64,000 nucleotides of DNA, taken from contig JYFJ02002099.1 of NCBI GenBank assembly GCA_000934665.2, positions 1-64,000 on the forward strand, given 5' to 3'. Shown here piece after piece: positions 27,016 through 41,222 of the stretch. How positions within the stretch are numbered: the first letter of the stretch is position 1; each line of letters begins with the position of its first letter. The translations under genes and the position numbers were made by a program. Below the pieces are notes generated by a model, which was not told the origin of the DNA, did not search any database, and worked only from the letters and a program-made list of their open reading frames with translations. The stretch is from Catajapyx aquilonaris (lineage: Eukaryota).

Positions 27016-27127
27016 TGCAAAACTAATAAGGGTGAAAGTCGTATCATGCCCTTTACTAATCCCCACTGACTGTCAGTGGGGATTAGTGCAGGGCATGCAT
27101 GCGACTATCACCCTTACTAGTTTTGCA
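27016..27127. repeat. ~112-bp imperfect palindrome
   Basis: tgcaaaactaataagggtga...actaatccccactgac|t|gtcagtggggattagt...tcacccttactagttttgca. Confidence 0.8.
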
Positions 27128-28866
27128 CATATGGTGTTTCTCCTTGGGACGGCAGCATTTCGTACACAACAGTACTGACGTGATACCAAAATCAGACGAC
27201 CTAGCAATCGACCCGGTTTTATCCTGACTCTTAAGGGCAACCCAACAGACACGGTTGTTCATCAGGAAGTGTGCAACCCAGGCGCTTCTGGAGCACCGAA
27301 GACAACAATATTTAAATGTTGATATTATTATAATATGTAGGCCTATGTTAACAAATTAGTTGAAAAAGTGGGGCAGCATTGCAGGCTGATCACCATGATT
27401 GCAGGTCTCTAGAGTGCTACTGAACAAATAGCAAATAATGCAGGCAAAATTTGGACACGTTTCACGTCAGATTCGGTGCCCTATTCCGATGCGGCATTTG
27501 CAAGTTTTGTTGTGATAATGAGATCAAAATCGGCGCAATTTATTTGTGTTAAAACATGATAATACGCCTCCGCATTTCGCACGCCTCCGTAAACAACATC
27601 CTTTATCCTATCAAACAATTCAACTATACTTTTGGAGGGGATATATGGCTCGAAAAATAATAAGCAAATCTCTCGGGAAGTTCACACGATTGTCATATAT
27701 TAAATAAATAAATATGTTGTTGTTTGCATACAGGTGCGACGTGTCAATATTGTCACATCGATGCTCATGTCGGACACCAAATGACACCTCTACAATAAAT
27801 GATATCCGGGGCACCATGCAGTGTAAATTTAATCAAATTTATTTAAAAAGCTAACCCTATTAGGAATCCCCGTTCCCAGTTCATCCGCATGTAAACTTTT
27901 ATTTCTCGGAGCGGTACACTCCGCCAGGGCCATAACAATACTCTGAAAACGAGCATTGAGATACGCCAGCGGGCACCCAAGTGCCAACACGTGCCATTGT
28001 CGTCAGCGAGAGGTCCCGGAATAGATTCCAGTAAAGCCGTTAGGTCGCGCACCGGGGCTAAGACCAGATCTCATTGCGTTCAGAGGCTGGAAACAAACAT
28101 AAATTGAAGCGTATCTTTGTGCGAGGCATAACGTGAGGCCCCGTGAGGGAGAGGAGGAGGAGTCGGAAGGGAAGCGGTCCATTAACAGCATCGCTACGAG
28201 GCATCCGGGCTCACGAGTTAGCTGCACAGGGAGTGGGGAAGGAAGGCATCGTTGCAAATGTTGGCAGAACACCCGCAGGGAGAGATGGAAGGGAAAGGGA
28301 GACACTTTTTGAGGTTGCCAAAACTGCGGGTCGACCCGGGATGACACCTGACGGGGTTTCCGTGGGGTTTCACGGGCTGGTGAACAGGGAGTGGGGACAG
28401 GTTAGGATGTCCCTTAAGGGCGGAGTTGCCAAAAAGTAAGCCGGTGTAAGAATATGCCCATTTCCGCCTAAAACTTGTAAGATCTGACCTCTAGTCGCTC
28501 ATGGTAGTGGACCGCAATAATACACGTTGCCATAAACAAGCCTCGTCTCGGTCTGTCTCACGACCGACGCAAATCTAATAGCCTTCCCACAAGGTCGACA
28601 TATAATAAGGCGTGTCACATACTGTATAATTAATTTTAGACTTCTTCTCTACAAAAATGTCTTATACTGTATAATCGCTCTGTACGTATGTCTGTGGACA
28701 CTGGACAGGTATCAAGTCCCAAACTGCAAAAGACATGACAAACAAAATTCGGATTCAGATTCAGCGCTTTTAAATAGATTTCATAGTCAACTTCCGGTGG
28801 CGGGCACTCTCGGTTTTCCGGGTTCACTCTATCCTCAAAGGTCAAACAGTATGATTGAGAAATTAA

Positions 28867-29055
28867 GGTGCGTTTACATGTGAGCGATTTGATCGCGCGA
28901 TATGTCATCGCCGAGCGGTGCATCGCTAAGTAACCCGAGTAACCAATATTGTTTGACGTAAAAGTAACAATCGACTTTCGCCTCAAACCCTACTGGTTAC
29001 TCGGGTTACTCAGCGATGACATCGCGCGATCAAATCGCTCACATGCAAACGCACC
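28867..29055. mobile_element. MITE flanked by TTAA with GGTGCGTTTACA termini (PIF/Harbinger-like; superfamily uncertain)
   Basis: TTAA|GGTGCGTTTACATGTGAGCGATTTGATCGCGCGAT ... ATCGCGCGATCAAATCGCTCACATGCAAACGCACC|TTAA, plus the inner pair agtaacccgagtaacca / tggttactcgggttact. Confidence 0.8.
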
Positions 29056-32000
29056 TTAAGTTTCCTTGAGTTCCTCCGCAACGGGAAATTAGACAGACAA
29101 CAGTCAATGTCATTGTTGTCCTATTCGAATCGCATCGTGTTGTCATCCGCATTTTCCATATGACCAGTGAGAAAAAGTATACTCGAATCACGCTCGAGTG
29201 ATTTTCCAATCTTGTTCCTATTCGAAAATATTTCAAATTGACTAAATTGTAATTTGGCAACGCTGTCGATCAACCCCTTCCCGTGACGTTGTCATCCGGG
29301 TTTTTTTTAAGAGTCCTGAGAAAATGCTGCCACCTGGGAGCGCCTGCGCCAATTAAGGTCGCGGACGGAGCGTTATGGGGGTCGTCATGTCACGGGGACG
29401 GCATCTGTCAAGTGACGAGAGCTGGTTCCCAAATCTCTTGACCGCTAAGGCCCCAGTTTCCTTCAACGAAGAAGGATGGACACCACGACACCGAGGACAT
29501 TCCTCACCAGCAATCTTGCAAATGAAAATGTACTACTCTCACTCAGCATCTTGCACTTTTTTTGGCGCATCTGATGTACAGTTTTCTATACAGTCAAACC
29601 AGCAAATATTTTGTACATGGGAACAGAACTGGCTTCATACGTCCTGTCCGGTCATATACATAAAAGCCATCGTGAATTCCGTAAAGCTGGAATCTTTTTG
29701 ATCTGACGCTTTCACAGATAATCACCGCTGCTATGTGGCAAGTAGAGCACGGTTTTTTTTTCGCCAGCTATTTTGTTGCCAAAAAAATCTCTGACACACC
29801 TACAAGACTATGGCAAAAAAGTTGGGATTGTATATCGGGACAGACTCATGGGGAAATATTAGGAAAAAAACTAATGTTAAAAGTAATTGTTCGGAATGTT
29901 CATACAGCTTGACCACTGCAGGTAGTTTTGTCTTCCAAAGGGCGACCAAAAGCAAAAAAAATGTACAACTTTGCACTGAACACACTGTATATGCAAATAT
30001 TTGCCATGTCATTGTAGATGCCTATAAAGGACGCCATTGAGATATTTTTCCAAAATATTTGCATAACTAGTTCATACACTTCAGCTTCTTGCACTGAATA
30101 CGCCACAAGAGAAAGGCTGAAGTACACATGCTCATAGTTTCCTAAATTACATCATATGCTATAGCTCAGCACTCATGAAAGGCTATACTGAGATCAAAGT
30201 TTGGTACCGAAACAGTCAGCTAATGAAGCACATTGTAGAACTACCGAGAAATCTCCTGCACAGGTCAAAGGCCAGCTCTCATCCTACATGGTAATAATAA
30301 TGTAGAGTTCTATAATAACATTAAAAATGTTTATGAAACAAAAATTTAGGTTTGCCACTTTTAATCATTTTTACACATATCTGGTCGTATCAATATTGCC
30401 GAGAAATGCAACGAATGCATCAGGCCGGTATGAAATATTCCATTTTGGAATATGAATTACAGTCTCCGTGAAACCGTGAAACGCAAACTCATTTCATTGC
30501 ATCCCAGTGGCTGGTAATAATAATTTCTTTTGCTTTACAATTCAGCAATACCTTTGCTCAAACAAACAACGCAATGACTTTGCATCCCTGAAATATTTCC
30601 CAGCAGAATTATTCCCACACACAAAAAAAAACGAAGTTTGCACACTCCAAACCGCAGTGTATGCCCATCGCACCTCCCTTTGCCATGCACTTTCCACACG
30701 ACACGAGGTATTAGTAATAATAAAGCGCGGAAGGCAGGCAGGATATCCCTTTAAGACCGTACTGGAACCTGTTTTTCCGCTCCTTTGGCTCCGAGTCTCA
30801 CAGAAACGCTCGGTGCTGGATTTTGCATTCAGACGACTTTCTCCACTGGGTAGGAGAAAACGCCGCCCCCTTACGTTTACCTTTCTTCTGTTACGAGCAC
30901 GAAGAGAGAAGGCTTCACATAATTACTTGCACATACAGTGTGCTGCCACATCGATCACAAAACTTCCATTCCCAAGAAGGAAGCCAACTATTCTAGACAG
31001 GCATTCAGTAAGCCTCAGCAATTCTAAAGTTTCTCAAGTTAAATGTTAACATTACTGTTGACAGGATGAGTGCTAAACGACCTTTTTTTTGGTAGAGTAC
31101 AGTGTAACGTACTCAATTATACATCGAAAGGTACTGTGTAGCTGAAGATCCTAATAGGACTGTTTGGAGAGTTGAATTACTAGGGGATAGCGTTTTCTCT
31201 CCACGAGCAGGGCCTTATTCAAATTCGGCGTCTTCAAAGGAAATGCGAGTAGTGCCCAGGCAAATTAGACTTCAGGAAAAGCGTATTTTTTTTTGTAAAA
31301 AAAGGGGGGGGCGGGGGGTGTGCATCAAGTTTCGTGTGCCTGCCCAACTCTCCGTTTTTTCCCCCCTAATTATTTATACAGAGGGGCACAAACTACGTTG
31401 TATAAGCAATGTAGGAAAACGAAGTTAATCTAACCTAAATTGAGCCGTGCTCTGAAAGTAATGGTGAAAACCGCAGAGTGAGACTAATTCGCATTTTCAA
31501 ACGCAAGGATACATTTGAAGTTGTTAAAAAGAGTTAGAAGATATGAACACCTTTTTATAGCCGCAGTTTTACTAATGATAATTTTTAAGCAAAAGTTAGC
31601 CGCTTTCACATCACGTGCATTCACACACATGTAGCCTAGTCTGACCTCAATAAGTTCGAGGGTATCGCAGACTAGAATTAGTCTTCGGTATGCCCTACTA
31701 AATATTGCAAGCAACAGTCTCTTTCTCCCTATAGAATCGCCAACAGCGTGCAAGAGTCATCGGCCTTTTGTACTGCGCTCCAGAATTTCATTGAGTAAAG
31801 CAATACTGAGCAGATGCTGCTGGCCGCAGATACACTTTTATGGCAGCAGGTTTTCGAAACGGTTCGCACCGGCATAATTTACATTTAAGTTGTGACAAAC
31901 ACGGCTGTGGTGCGGTACATTGCAATGAGCGGTTTGGTTGTATCGTTGCTTCCAAACAGTTTTTTTTATTATTTAAAGGGATGGTTGGCAGGAGCTCAGA

Positions 32001-32836
32001 TTTGCAGTTGTGATAGCATATCCTTTGGTTTCATGTCATGCTGGTTGCAACATTCGGTTCTGATGGACAACTGATTTGAAAGAGGAGATATGACGTGTTG
32101 AAAGAACTGACCCTGTTTAATTCCATGTTGCACTTGCATGTGTAATATCAACCTATGTGATAAAACAGGGCTGTCCACTGTCCAGTCAATATCACGATTG
32201 TCGTTGGATTATTGTCATGCGGAAAAAATGCATCGTTCAGTGTCAGACATGTGAATTTATTATAGAAAGATTGTTTAAACAACATACGACAACATTCCCA
32301 ACATGATTGATTATTCGGGTTTGTTAGGCCTACATACTGTAACTTTGCGTATTCCCACTCGGATGCAGATTTACTGCGAATTCCACTAGATTAAAACTGT
32401 AAAAAGTAGGCCACGCACCTGTAATTTCACTTTCTGAAATCCCATTAAAATTACAATCGAATTTAAAAATCAATCATTGTGCCACGCCATTGGGAATAAT
32501 TCAAAAATTCCAACTTATTGGTAGCTTAACTAGAATTTTTTTGCCTGACAATACCAACCGAAATATGTGCATCAAACCAATACGAAACACTGATTGTACG
32601 TATCATCATCGCTATTTACTCGCACTTGCCGCTCCTATTACCTCCCAATGCACAGTATATCATAATCTAACATGTGTATTTGTAGCGATGTTGTGGACTA
32701 GTAATTTCGGCGTGCTGCACATAATATACTCCACAAAATCTATTAGGCGAGCAGAATGCGAGTCACATAACGCACGCTGTTTCAATCTGTACCATGCATA
32801 CATAGTAGTGATACGATGCAATAATGTCACAGGGCA

Positions 32837-33088
32837 CAGGATGAGTCAAAACTTCATCCGAGGGAAGTGGGAAACCCCGATTTCCACTTTTCACTTTCAC
32901 TTTTTATTAATAATTTTTTCATTGATAATTCTTAATGAGTGGAAATTAGGCTCGTTTTAAGTGGAGATGCGTCTTTTTTCACTTAAATCAGTGAAAACTG
33001 GACTTGTTGATGTTTAAACATTTCTCGTCCCTACATTTTTAGTCTTGTTTTTGGTCAACCTACCCACTGGCAGTTTTGACTCACCCTG
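32837..33088. mobile_element. Tc1/mariner-type MITE (CAGGGTGAGTCAAAACT termini)
   Basis: caggatgagtcaaaact ... agttttgactcaccctg|TA; a similar single terminus (agggtgagtcaaaaactgc) occurs at about 1432-1450. Confidence 0.65.
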
Positions 33089-36000
33089 TATAGACATTCA
33101 GAATATTCATATTGGACCCAATGTCCCTCATATGTTGTTAAACCCCGGTCTTCCATCCTAAAAAATTGCAGTGCGCCTCTGAAAAGAAGCTAATTTCGGC
33201 GAAATGTATCTCTTCATTCATGGGCCCGAACAATGCTTGGAAGCTAGGTCAACAGCAACTATAGATTGATGGCAAGCCGTTGAACCCATCCGACCCCCCC
33301 TACCCAACATTGTAGTCCACTACAATGTCAAGGCAGTGAGTGACCAGCATTTTTTTTTCCTTGCTCAAACTCTCCTATTCAACAGACATTCTCCATCTCT
33401 GTCACGGCCGGCTTCTTTTCATTTATTTTCCACCAATTTCCTACTTTTAATCCAGATTCGGCCCAATTCGGCGAAACGTACCTCTCGTCGCACCCTAGTG
33501 TTTGCTTGGGGGTAATAACTCCGTCGGCCTTTGTCAGCGCCGAGATTGACTCTCTCGGCACTGTTTCGACTCCGGAACTGTGTATGATTATACGGGGCCC
33601 TTCTTCCGATTCGGCCTCGGGGGGCAATGACGAAGAACAGTTCTGAGGGGGCGGGAGGGGCGGCCAAGTCTGGAACATTGCCCGAGACGAATCGGTGCGA
33701 TGTTGCCAACATATCCAGAATGGCAACTCCGCCTCTTATCGGCGACGGCCAGCCGCCCCACCCAGCCCCACCCCAACAATGCGGACACACTGCCGTCATT
33801 TGTCTAGAACCCCCTGTGGCCTCACCACCCGGGAGATGGCTCTGCCAGGCAATTTCATGGGTCCTGCCTGCACCCCTGGAATGGCCCCCCTGAGAGAGAA
33901 GGAGAAAAGGAGGCAACACCGGATTGCCAACAATGGGAAGGCTATATCGCCAGCCATTGCCTCCTCAAGCACTTTTGATTGTCATAAATGGGCGGGAAGG
34001 ATTACCCGCAGAGATTGGGGGTCCGGGAGAGAGATTTTTTTTTTTTTTAGGATATCCTGGGATATCCACTCTATTCTGCCATTGTGTCATCATTACGACG
34101 TCTCTAACTTACGATAAACATGAAATACGGAATCGATTCACTCATGCAGGAAGAAGCAAAGTTTGGCGTCGTAAAATCGTCGCCGTCACAAGTTGGGTCA
34201 AACTAGGGGTGTGATATATCTCTGGTGGTAAAAAAGTACGTGACATGGGTTGTGGATGGAAAGCTGCACATTGGGCGACTCGGTGCAGCATTGCAAACAG
34301 CTCTGTGCAAGCATATCATTTATTTACTCTGCTGCACATTTGGACAGAGTAGGCATACCGCTGTGTTTTTAAAAAAATACTGATGCAAAGCAAATATATC
34401 AACGTGTTAAACGACCTCGGATGTGACTGTGGTCTGGATACATGTGTCCAGGGTAACGTTTCCAAAATTTCATCCAGTGAAATAAAATGTCTTGGGGCAA
34501 TCAAGGTGTTGGTCAGCACTTTGGAGTGGAGTGTATTGGTCAAACCGAGGGCTATAGATCTTTTAGTGTAATTATCTGGCAGCTATGCCTAACAAGCAAT
34601 GTCCAATGACTTCCCACCAGCCCCGCTCGTTCTGGAGTGTAATTACTTTGAAGTTAATAGACTCTGCAGGGCGTTCCAACAAGGGATATCCTTGTCATAC
34701 TTAGAGTGTAGCTTAGCACAGCTGATGCTCATGTCCCATAAGTTATTCAAGTAAGCGGAAGAGGAGAAGCAAAGAGAGAAACAGTCTGCATATTATTATC
34801 AAATGGTAGCAAATCTGTGGTTAAAGTGCTCTGAAAATTACTTAAAAAAATATTCACTATGATAAGAAGTAGTACCAGTATATTATGGTCAGGGGCACCA
34901 AGACATCATTTCCCACTCATTGACGTACAAAGTTAAATTCATAATTAAATAGTGTTTACTCGGTAGGGAACCAACCAACGTTGCGATAAATGAAGGTAAT
35001 TGAATGATTTTAAACCGCAAAACAAATAAAAAGCACAGTGCGTAACACATAATTAATAAGTTAGCCCTCCTCTTTCCCCAATACTGCCAAACGCTACAAA
35101 TTATTATATTCTGTGGCTTATATTACTCCCATAACCTGAAAATAATCAATTTTGATTGGCATCCAAATGTGTGATTACATTTGCTATTGTTATTTCCAAA
35201 ATGAACACCCTATACAGGCTACATGCATTAGTAAACCCATAAATTCTCACAACCAAAGTCACCTTATTTGTCACTCCACTGGGTATGTGCACAGCCGTGA
35301 CCACTCCCAAGAAAGTTCCTGATGACATTTTGATCAACAAACTTGTCCCGCATCACCCCTGACACGAATCCGCCCGCCATTCTATTCAATCCTACATCCA
35401 GTGAATAAAACAGGTGATGGGAACCGTAGTAATCGAACCATGTCTGTCCAGGTTTCTCCAAGCCGGACACTGGAGACCCCCCCCCTATTGGGTTGTAAAA
35501 TGGTCCCAGGATCAACTCGAATGTGGCCATCTATCTACCTACCCTCCGGAGGTTTCCATCAAACTCCCCGGAATAATGCTAACGAACTTCCCATCCATTG
35601 AGGAGACGACGTCTTCCTAACGTCCGTCCAAGGTGTCTTTCAGAGAGACCCATCATCATCAAGCCATAAAATGAGAAGACTAAACTTAGGTGCACCCTGC
35701 AGCTATAGTACCTTTAAAAATGGGGATGCCCAAATCCCCAAAATTGGAAACAAAGGAAGCTTCTCGGATCGCTTAGTTCCCAATTAATTACAAGTTTTGC
35801 ATCACTTCAGAACATTATAGATCCCCCCCCCCCCACCCCCGGATCACTTGAGGCCAACAACCAGGTCAATATGTAAGGAACACATGCGAGACTTCTTGCG
35901 TGTAAATGGAGGTGGTGGTAGTAAGAATCTTGGCAACAAAAAAGGCTAGGAATTCTGGAGTGTTAGCCTAATTAAACACTTCCACGTCGAGTGGCAGTTA

Positions 36001-38216
36001 ATTTCGTCGAGAGGAATGTTTTCGAAGTCTCTCGCTGTGGGGCCCAAATGGAAATCAGAGTCACAAGTAGCTTCGATTTAGCTATTGTAAATCTGGAGTA
36101 CCGACTTGGAAGAAACGGAACAAAAAATGGCGATATTTTAAGAGGCCCATTTTTTGTTCATTTCCTAAATTGCTGCACCACTTATTGATTTGCATGTCCT
36201 ATAAACTAATGGGCTTACCTGTGCAATAAGCTTCAGACCCTTCATATACCGGTACTGTATGCACTTCATTTTAATTTTTATTACAATTTTACTAACAGTA
36301 GACTTACAGGGGTAAAATTTTAAAAAATACTGTGGTACCGGTAACATAAACATTTGATTCCCATATTTTAATGCCGTTTTAATGCAAAAATGAGGCCTTG
36401 GGGGTCAGTTGCCCTCCACCCCACTAACTAATGGTTTTTAGTAGATATTTTTAAATTACGCAATGAAATGATTTATCGGCGACTAACCGAACATCGTCGG
36501 CATACTGTCAAGATGCTAATTATCTGCATTAAGTTATTCAGTAAACCTTTTCTGCTATACTGCCTGCCAGCCTGGTCCTAAAAGTCAAAATGAACCAGAA
36601 AGCTACGATTTTCTGCATTATCTAGCATGTACTATGGCCCAAAAAAGGATTGTCTCGGGTTATCCTGGCGTGGATGCAACCCATTGCACAGGTATGCATA
36701 CACCTGTGCAATGGGTTGTATCCAAGCCAGGATAACCCGCGACAATCCTTGTTTGGGCCATACAAGTGCAAATTCAAATTATTAACTTTTTTGACGTATA
36801 GGATACCCACGATATCTACTCTCCCTGGACAATACACAGTTTACATCTGAGACCGCAGCGCCATAATCGCTAGGTGGCAAAAAAAAATTATGCCTCCCAT
36901 AATCTCATCTCCATATATTAGAGCCCGGGACGGAACTGGAACTCAATTATGATGTAAATTCCAGCCGAATCGAGGGAAAATGCTTTTTCTCTACCCCCCA
37001 AAAAGCCTCCCCACTAGCTCTAGGGGGCCATCCATCTACACAGTGGCATGGGGCTCTCCGTCTGCAGGTGCCACGATTTTCATCCGGTATGAATGGTCCG
37101 CCACACCTCAACCTCAGCAGAATTACACCTCCCTATCTCACCTGCCCTGCTTGTTTGCATAAGCTTCAATTCACCTCTTCCACTTTTTGTGTATCCCAAT
37201 CCGGGTGGGGCTCCACCATCCGGAATGTGGTCAAAAGGCCGGGGCTGCCCTATGCCCCTTCCTCTCTTCTCGGAGCGAGATCGATTCAGAGAGTTACGCC
37301 ACTTTTTTTTTGATGGAGGGGGGGGGGGGGNGCTCTCTACTTTCTGGATAGAAAAAAAGAGAGAGGGGGGGATGAATGGAAACATCCTCTCTCCCCATCC
37401 CTTTTGCTAGAAAAGTAAGGCTCCAAGCGGATCGATGGCCAACAGATGGCTCTGCCCTAGGGGGAACCCCCCTCACCCCCCTCAGCTTTTTGAACCTTCC
37501 TCCGACGCTTGTCCCTCTCTTCTCTCGCCTTTCCGTCTCGCCTTCCTGCCGCCGCCGCTTCAAAATGGCTCTTGCTTATCCCCCCCCATTCTTTCCCTTT
37601 GGCCCGGAACACTCACCAGGCCACAAAAGGAGTGTGCTTCAATGCTTTGGACCAGCCCGGCAGGGGTACACATTAGTTTAAAAAAAAAAAGACGTATCTA
37701 CAACCGGTATGCAAGTGGCGGACAATTTTGGCAAAAGCACAAGCAGGGTAGCGCGCCTTGTTTCCATAACTGTCACATTATAAGAAGGAGATGGTGTCGT
37801 TAATTAAACCTCTCACCTAGTTCGGAGAGGTTATCTCGCTGTGGTTATGAAATTAAAGGGGCTAGTGTCGAAACGAATGGGGCACAGTCACGACAATAGG
37901 AATTCAGACAACCAAAAACAACATTTTCAGAATCGATTCCTTAATTTTCATGCTAGGGTTTTTAACTTTTTATGCCTGGTTGCTAGGAAAGGGGGAAAGG
38001 ACACGGTGATTTGGCTGATTACCAAATTGACGTTTGGTTCCGAATTGCTTGACACGGTCCAATTATTCGACCGACGAGCGGTATTTGCGGTGATAAACAG
38101 TGCGCAGTCCTCAATATCCGTAACACGTGGGGGGATCTCACATATTGACTCCGTGTTGGAACGTCCAATCATACCCAGTTCGGCAGGTACTATCTGTTCC
38201 AAAAACTTTTGGTCAC

Positions 38217-38324
38217 TTCGTCCTGATTCTTTCGTTCATCCTGGGCTTGAAGTAACCCGTTCGCCATATGGAGCATGTTGAATGGGTTGCTTCAAGCCAG
38301 GATGAACGAAAGAGTCAGGACGAA
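38217..38324. mobile_element. Hairpin element related to MITE family 3
   Basis: ttcgtcctgattctttcgttcatcctgggcttgaagtaaccc pairs with gggttgcttcaagccaggatgaacgaaagagtcaggacgaa. A one-arm fragment also lies at about 4811-4840. Confidence 0.7.
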
Positions 38325-40868
38325 TAGTACATGTCACGTTGGATAGTTCGCAATAGTTGTACCGACAAAAAGTCATGCCATAAACTTCAAAAAAAATGCT
38401 AATGGTTTTTCAATATTATCCGACTGCATTTATGATGCGACGCGGCTGCAAATGATAGCGAAAGGAACGATTTGCTTCCAAAATGCTGAAAGACGAATCC
38501 CATAGTGCTTTTAATCGGTCGCCGAGTCTATAACATTACATGGCCTGCTTGCTACAAAACTCACTGCGGCGTAGAATCTGAATATAAAAAAGTACCGGAG
38601 TATATACCGGTGCACTGATTGCATTACCGTAAAATGAACCTTTCCTAGGCCATTTCATTTCCACTTGCTTGCTGATATTTCATCCACCGCCGCGACAATG
38701 TGTGCTCCCAATTAAAATAAAAATCCGCATGTAATTTTTTTTTGTACCAGGCTCTCTCTGAGCTCAACGACATTACAGGCCAGGTTTCTATTTAATTATA
38801 GAGCGCCCTATTCTTCCCCACCCTCTCCCCACAAAAAAACACACACACAGGGCCCACCCATTCTGTCGGGATATTTATTATCTTTTTTGCTAGTTGCAGC
38901 TAGTTCATATATTCGGGAAGTGCTAATCACGTAGGAATCCATGATGTGTACTGAATTATTTCATGTCCACTTGACGCAATGCATCTTCCGTCTTGCTCAA
39001 GTTGCAATTAAGGTGTCGCTTTTGTTTTATGGGGTATGGGTTTGGGAATGCTTCAAGTATAGGATAGGGATAGCAATAAACCCAGGGATGTTGGGTCAAC
39101 AATGTCTGCTTGGAGCAAAACAATGAGGGGGGGGGGGAATTTTAATGGAGCTGATAATGATTATTATCCATTTTGTTCATTTATAGGAACATTTGTGTCA
39201 TTAGCTTACACTTGGTGCTGGACAGATGCACAGCAGGGACCGTAATCGACAAATCCGAGAATATCCTACATGAAAATGCTTTCCGATTAACACCGCGTTA
39301 CAATTTCATCCGAAACCTATTAAAAGATAATTGAGAACTCTATTGGTTCCTGTTCTAACTAACCAGTCATGTAGGTTAACATTTTTCGCGTCAAAAAGTT
39401 CGAGTCCGTTCAGCCATCAGCTTGTGGTCTACATTTTCATCCGCTTTTCGCAGGTCCTCGTATATTCTACGACCAGGATATATAAAAAAGGAGGCGCTAC
39501 TTCCCCGTGTTAATGACCATGTCCTGTTAACGGCCTGGTCTGGCGGGACGGTCACCTTTTTTTCGGAACAAAACAGACATCCAAAATTTAAGCCAGTGGT
39601 CCTATACATGCATGGTGTGTCTAACTGGACATTTGTAGTCACCAGATGATTATTTTATGCAAATGTCGACGGTGGCGTTTAAAATCGTTTGTTGTCACTC
39701 ACTATTAGTACACTCCATGTTCAGTATGGTCACACTGTGTATTCAACTAAAACGTCTGTCCTTTTTAAAAAAAATCTTCAGATTTCGTCAACTCCTCTAC
39801 CAAAAAGGTGCCTGAGTGGAACATGTCCAGTGCTTTTGTTCTATCTGCGCCATACACTTCTGAGCGGCCTGTAGAAAGTGCACTTCAAAAACTTCAGGCT
39901 GGAAGGGGTTGAATAAGAAGAAATCCCGTGACGGCTAGGATTGCCTTCGATCCTCCTGAGCGAGATGGCGGCACTCAGAGCGCCGCCAGCGCCGGAAATC
40001 AGCCGCGGCGCCTCATTTCCCCCCCTCCCTCCCTCACCCCTGCGACTCTTCCATTTCGCAATTTGGGCACAGGGAAGGGGGGTTTTGCAGGTGCCTCATT
40101 GTTGGGTTTGCCGTCATGCCTCCTCCGCCAATCGGGAGAGAGGCGGGGGTGGGGAGATTACCCGGGCGCTCTGCAAATATTTGCTCCTCCGATGCAAAAT
40201 TTCCTGGCGAACTGCGGCAGGGATTCAGCATCCTCTCCTCTCCTCCTCCTCCCCCCCCCCCCCCNGTTTCTCCTCCGTTGTCGCTCCTCTGGCACGCCCG
40301 AAACCCGATTAACTGGACTTCCCTTCCTCCCTCCCCTCATACTATAGAAAGTCCTCTGGGGAGAATGCAGAACGAGTGGGGAGGAGGGGGGGGGGGAACA
40401 AGTGCCTCTGGAATTGGTACACTTTGACGCAAATGCTGCGACATCTTGTGGCTCGAGAGGAGGGCAAGGAGACAATCGGGGAGTTGATCGTGCCATTCGC
40501 TTCGAAATGAGTTTGTTTGCTTTTCGTCGACAACCTTGCCCTCCTCTGAATGCAACAATGCTGGCCACCCTCTCTCCCCACCAAGACTGCTTAACTTCGA
40601 TACGCCACTTATTCAATGAGTCTTTCAAATATTCTATTTGGCTGATAACATCGGACCTGATGGAACAAAAAGGCATTCAGAAAGTGACGGCCACGAACTT
40701 ACCGATCTGTAAACGATGGAAGACAATAGCAGATACTGGTTTCTAATAGGCTGTTCTGTGTGGGGGAAAGAATAGTTCAGCACCACAAAAAAAGATGGTC
40801 TTATAGGCAGAAAAGCTGAATACAAAAAAAAAACCGTTAAAAAACGGTTTTTAACGGCTCACCCGATA

Positions 40869-40998
40869 GCATATAGGCAAACCCCAAGTGGTTCCCGCAA
40901 CCGGCCTACTCTCACAGGTTTTTGTATCCGCTGAAGATAGGGCTGTATCCGCAAGAAAGAGAGGTTAGGTTAGGTTAGGTGGGGGTTTGCCAATATGC
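40869..40998. mobile_element. Small TIR element carrying (TTAGG)3
   Basis: gcatataggcaaacccc ... ggggtttgccaatatgc, with aggttaggttaggttaggt just inside the right end. Confidence 0.55.
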
Positions 40999-41004
40999 CA
41001 CCAG

Positions 41005-41075
41005 ATACTACTGCGCATGCTCTGAAATCACGGCTGGTGTGACGTCAGATCGTTCTTTCGCTTACAGGACTGTAG
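41005..41075. mobile_element. Partial MITE family 2 copy
   Basis: ctactgcgcatgc...cacggctggtgtgacgtcagatcgttctttcgcttacaggactgta matches about 52003-52070 directly and about 52069-52137 inverted. Confidence 0.75.
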
Positions 41076-41115
41076 TTAGAAAGTGGTAATAACTCCGACT
41101 GGGATCGAACCCAGA

Positions 41116-41222
41116 GGTGGAATTTTCGTCCCACTGCTAGTTACTGTTAACTTAGCAGTAACCATCCCCAACACTGGTACTGCTAAGTTAGCAGTAACTA
41201 GCAGCAGGACACAAATTACACC
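41116..41222. repeat. Imperfect palindrome / hairpin element
   Basis: ctgctagttactgttaacttagcagta pairs with tactgctaagttagcagtaactagcag, with weaker outer pairing. Confidence 0.7.

Noticed and set aside
30507..31049. Longest ORF in the track (180 aa)
   Set aside because: GTG start, no recognisable domain or splice support, and a composition typical of non-coding DNA.
37331..40265. Single N bases at 37331 and 40265
   Set aside because: Both sit at the end of G or C homopolymers; these are assembly ambiguities, not biology.
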